This document shows, piece by piece, positions 5,142-7,109 of a stretch of 7,109 nt of DNA. Both the position numbers and the translations under genes were made by a program. How positions within the stretch are numbered: the stretch's first letter is position 1; each line of letters starts with the position of its first letter. The notes below the pieces were generated by a model. The model was not told the DNA's origin. It worked only from the letters and a program-made list of their open reading frames with translations, and did not search any database. Origin of the DNA: Neoechinorhynchus agilis. Lineage: Eukaryota > Animalia > Acanthocephala. The stretch lies in assembly GCA_051530055.1 (NCBI GenBank), contig JBMGUZ010000097.1:1-7109 (forward strand), written 5' to 3'.

Positions 5142-7109
5142 TTAAATGTTATGTTTGTTCGGCAGCTTCCTTGATGGCCGCGGCCTGCTGGATCGCATAT
5201 CGCCGGTGGCATGTTTTAGCATCCCTCCCAGTCGTGAGAGGAAATAATCGGCTTCTTTTCGGAGGCATTCCAGTGTTTCCACCGCAATCGGGATGAAAAT
5301 ATATTGATTGCCATCGAGCGAGGAGTGCTTATGCCGCTTCTTTTCCTCGCTGAAGCTGGCGACTGCTCCCGCCTTTGAGGTGGCATCCCGTAAGTGGGAT
5401 GCTGCGAGCGTGTTGGGGCAGGTAAAATCCCAAACCAGTATTTTCCCGGAGCACCATGGTAGGAGAGTCGCTCCATCAGGGCGTTTACCGTCGTTCCGGG
5501 AGAGTCCAACTGGTTCGGGTCGAGCTGGAAAACCGGCCGTTGAGAGGGCTTCCTTGATTATGCGGTTGACTGCTGGGTGCCGTGCGTGGCGAGCAGTTGA
5601 ACGCTTGCAGTCAAGGCCGTGAGTTCCCGATCCGTTCACTGTCTCACCGCACCGACACGTATATGAGCCTGAGAATTCGATGCCCAACCGAAGTCCCACA
5701 GCGACAGTGATGGCCTGATTATCCAACCTCGTGCCAACAGATGTGATTGGGAAAGCCTTCAAGAAGTCGCTGGAGTTTGGAGCCGAGACTGCCAGGAGAC
5801 GAGCTCTATCGTTTGGAGATGAGCATGAGTAAAGAAGCTGCTGATAATACGCAGTGTGGAGCAAGGCAGTCCAACGTTTTTGGGAGTTTGTTTCCGTTGG
5901 AACGACCTGCCTGAACACTGACGTCCATTGAGCGTGCGCTTCGATCAGTTCAGGCGGTGGATGTGACTCGTGTCGAATGTGTGGTGGGATGATTCTCAGC
6001 ACCAGGTCTAAAGAGACCGAGATCGACGACGAAAAGGCAGGAATTGCTACTTCGGTGGCACTCTGGATGCCAAGACCGCCGAATCGAATGGGAAGGATCG
6101 CCTGTTTCCATGCTGTGTCGGACAGTCGTAGGTTAAGTACTTCTGACAGGGTTGATCGAACGCAGTTGTCGAAATCCCTGGTGAGCACTGACTTGAAGCA
6201 TGGAGAAGTCCTCAGAAGGTACGCAATCTTCGGAAGCGACAGACATCGTGATAATATGAACAGAGTGTCGTGTCGCGCGATGTGCAAGAGCCTGGAGGCA
6301 GTGAGCCGCAATTGATCGATGGCTTTTGAAAGGAACGTTTTCAGGTTAGACAGGTTACCGATTGGAGACCCGAGAATGTCAGCTGAGTCGGTTGCAGTTG
6401 TCTTTGCTCCGGGGAGTACGCTGAGCAGTCTCGATGCATCCTCTTGGTCGTCCGAAATAATTTCACATTTGTCCGTTCTCAGGAATAGTCCGATATCGGC
6501 ATCCATTTCGGAGATGTTTTTGATGTCGCGAATGAGCTGGTCGATTTCCCCTCCAATGCAACAGTCGTCGAGGTACCAGATCGACAAATCTGACGAAGAG
6601 CTGTGGGCGAGATGATTGATCGTCAATGCGAACAGCAGAGGACCTAGAGGATCACCCTGTTGAACACCCTCTGCTGATTCGACCTGGAACTCGCCAAACA
6701 GCAGCATGCTGGACTGGTCGTAGCACAAGGGCACATACTGGTAGATTTCTGGTATGTGCTGGTGGACAACCTCTGTCATCGCGGTGCGGCATATTGAATT
6801 GAACGCGTTCTCCATGTCAAGCTTGACCATAGCCGTTCCCTTATTGATACCATTTCGACTATACCCTCGTGCTGAGTGTACGGCCGCCTCGGCTCCAGCA
6901 GAAACTCCGACTCCTAATTGAACCGGCAAGAGTTGATCGATCAATCGATCGGTGGCGAACTGACACGCGACTTGGGATGCCAGTCGACGGAAGGTACAAC
7001 CAACGGCAATGGGACGAACCCCTCCACCTTTTTTTGTGAAAACGATCAGCTTGGCACCGCAGAGTAGACGCGCGACTGGAGGATGTACGGAACCGCGGAC
7101 GATTACGCG
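5142..7109 (-). mobile_element. CRE-clade non-LTR retrotransposon ORF: reverse transcriptase + CCHC zinc knuckle + restriction-like endonuclease; open to the right edge
   Basis: The frame stays open beyond the track's TTG start (6944) to 7109: RVIVRGSV...CGAKLIVFTKKGGGVRPIAVGCTFRRL. RT motifs: QLGVG, KLDMENAFNS, GVQQGDPLGPLLF, WYLDD, ILGSPI, LPIRFGGLGI. Zinc knuckle: CRCG-x8-HGLDC. RLE motifs: RH..VN, EP.GL...DGKRPDG, PW..GK.LVWDFTC, K..K, FIPIAVET. This architecture and these motifs are typical of the CRE/SLACS/Cnl1/MoTeR group. GC content is clearly above the host background. Confidence 0.95.

Noticed and set aside
5216-6615. Internal ORFs of 97-112 aa on both strands
   Set aside because: They are alternative or antisense frames of the GC-rich CRE ORF with no independent motifs.

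Overview
Eukaryotic DNA, most likely from an animal with a compact-intron, AT-rich genome (GT-AG introns of about 40-51 nt); the taxon cannot be fixed from the sequence. Almost everything lies on the minus strand. From left to right: (1) a decayed Penelope-like retroelement RT fragment running off the left edge, joined head-to-head to what looks like an inverted piece of the same kind of element; (2) a divergent, nearly intronless kexin/furin-type proprotein convertase (signal peptide + S8 domain + P domain) with an intact catalytic triad, no prodomain, altered substrate pockets, and a break near 2100 (frameshift or GC-AG intron); (3) three 80-bp tandem repeats just upstream of its ATG, each with a short uORF, preceded by a canonical 40-nt intron; (4) a GC-rich degenerate minisatellite island; (5) a dead 3' fragment of a CRE-clade non-LTR retrotransposon; (6) a spliced Janus/Ocnus (PHPT1-like) gene absent from the ORF track, frameshifted by a 16-bp insertion with an 8-bp direct repeat; (7) a nearly intact CRE-clade ORF (RT + CCHC + RLE endonuclease) running off the right edge. 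I see no evidence for a new multi-gene system. The best leads are the prodomain-less convertase with its repeated uORF leader and the hidden, footprint-disrupted Janus gene. All family assignments come from motif recognition by eye, not database searches.
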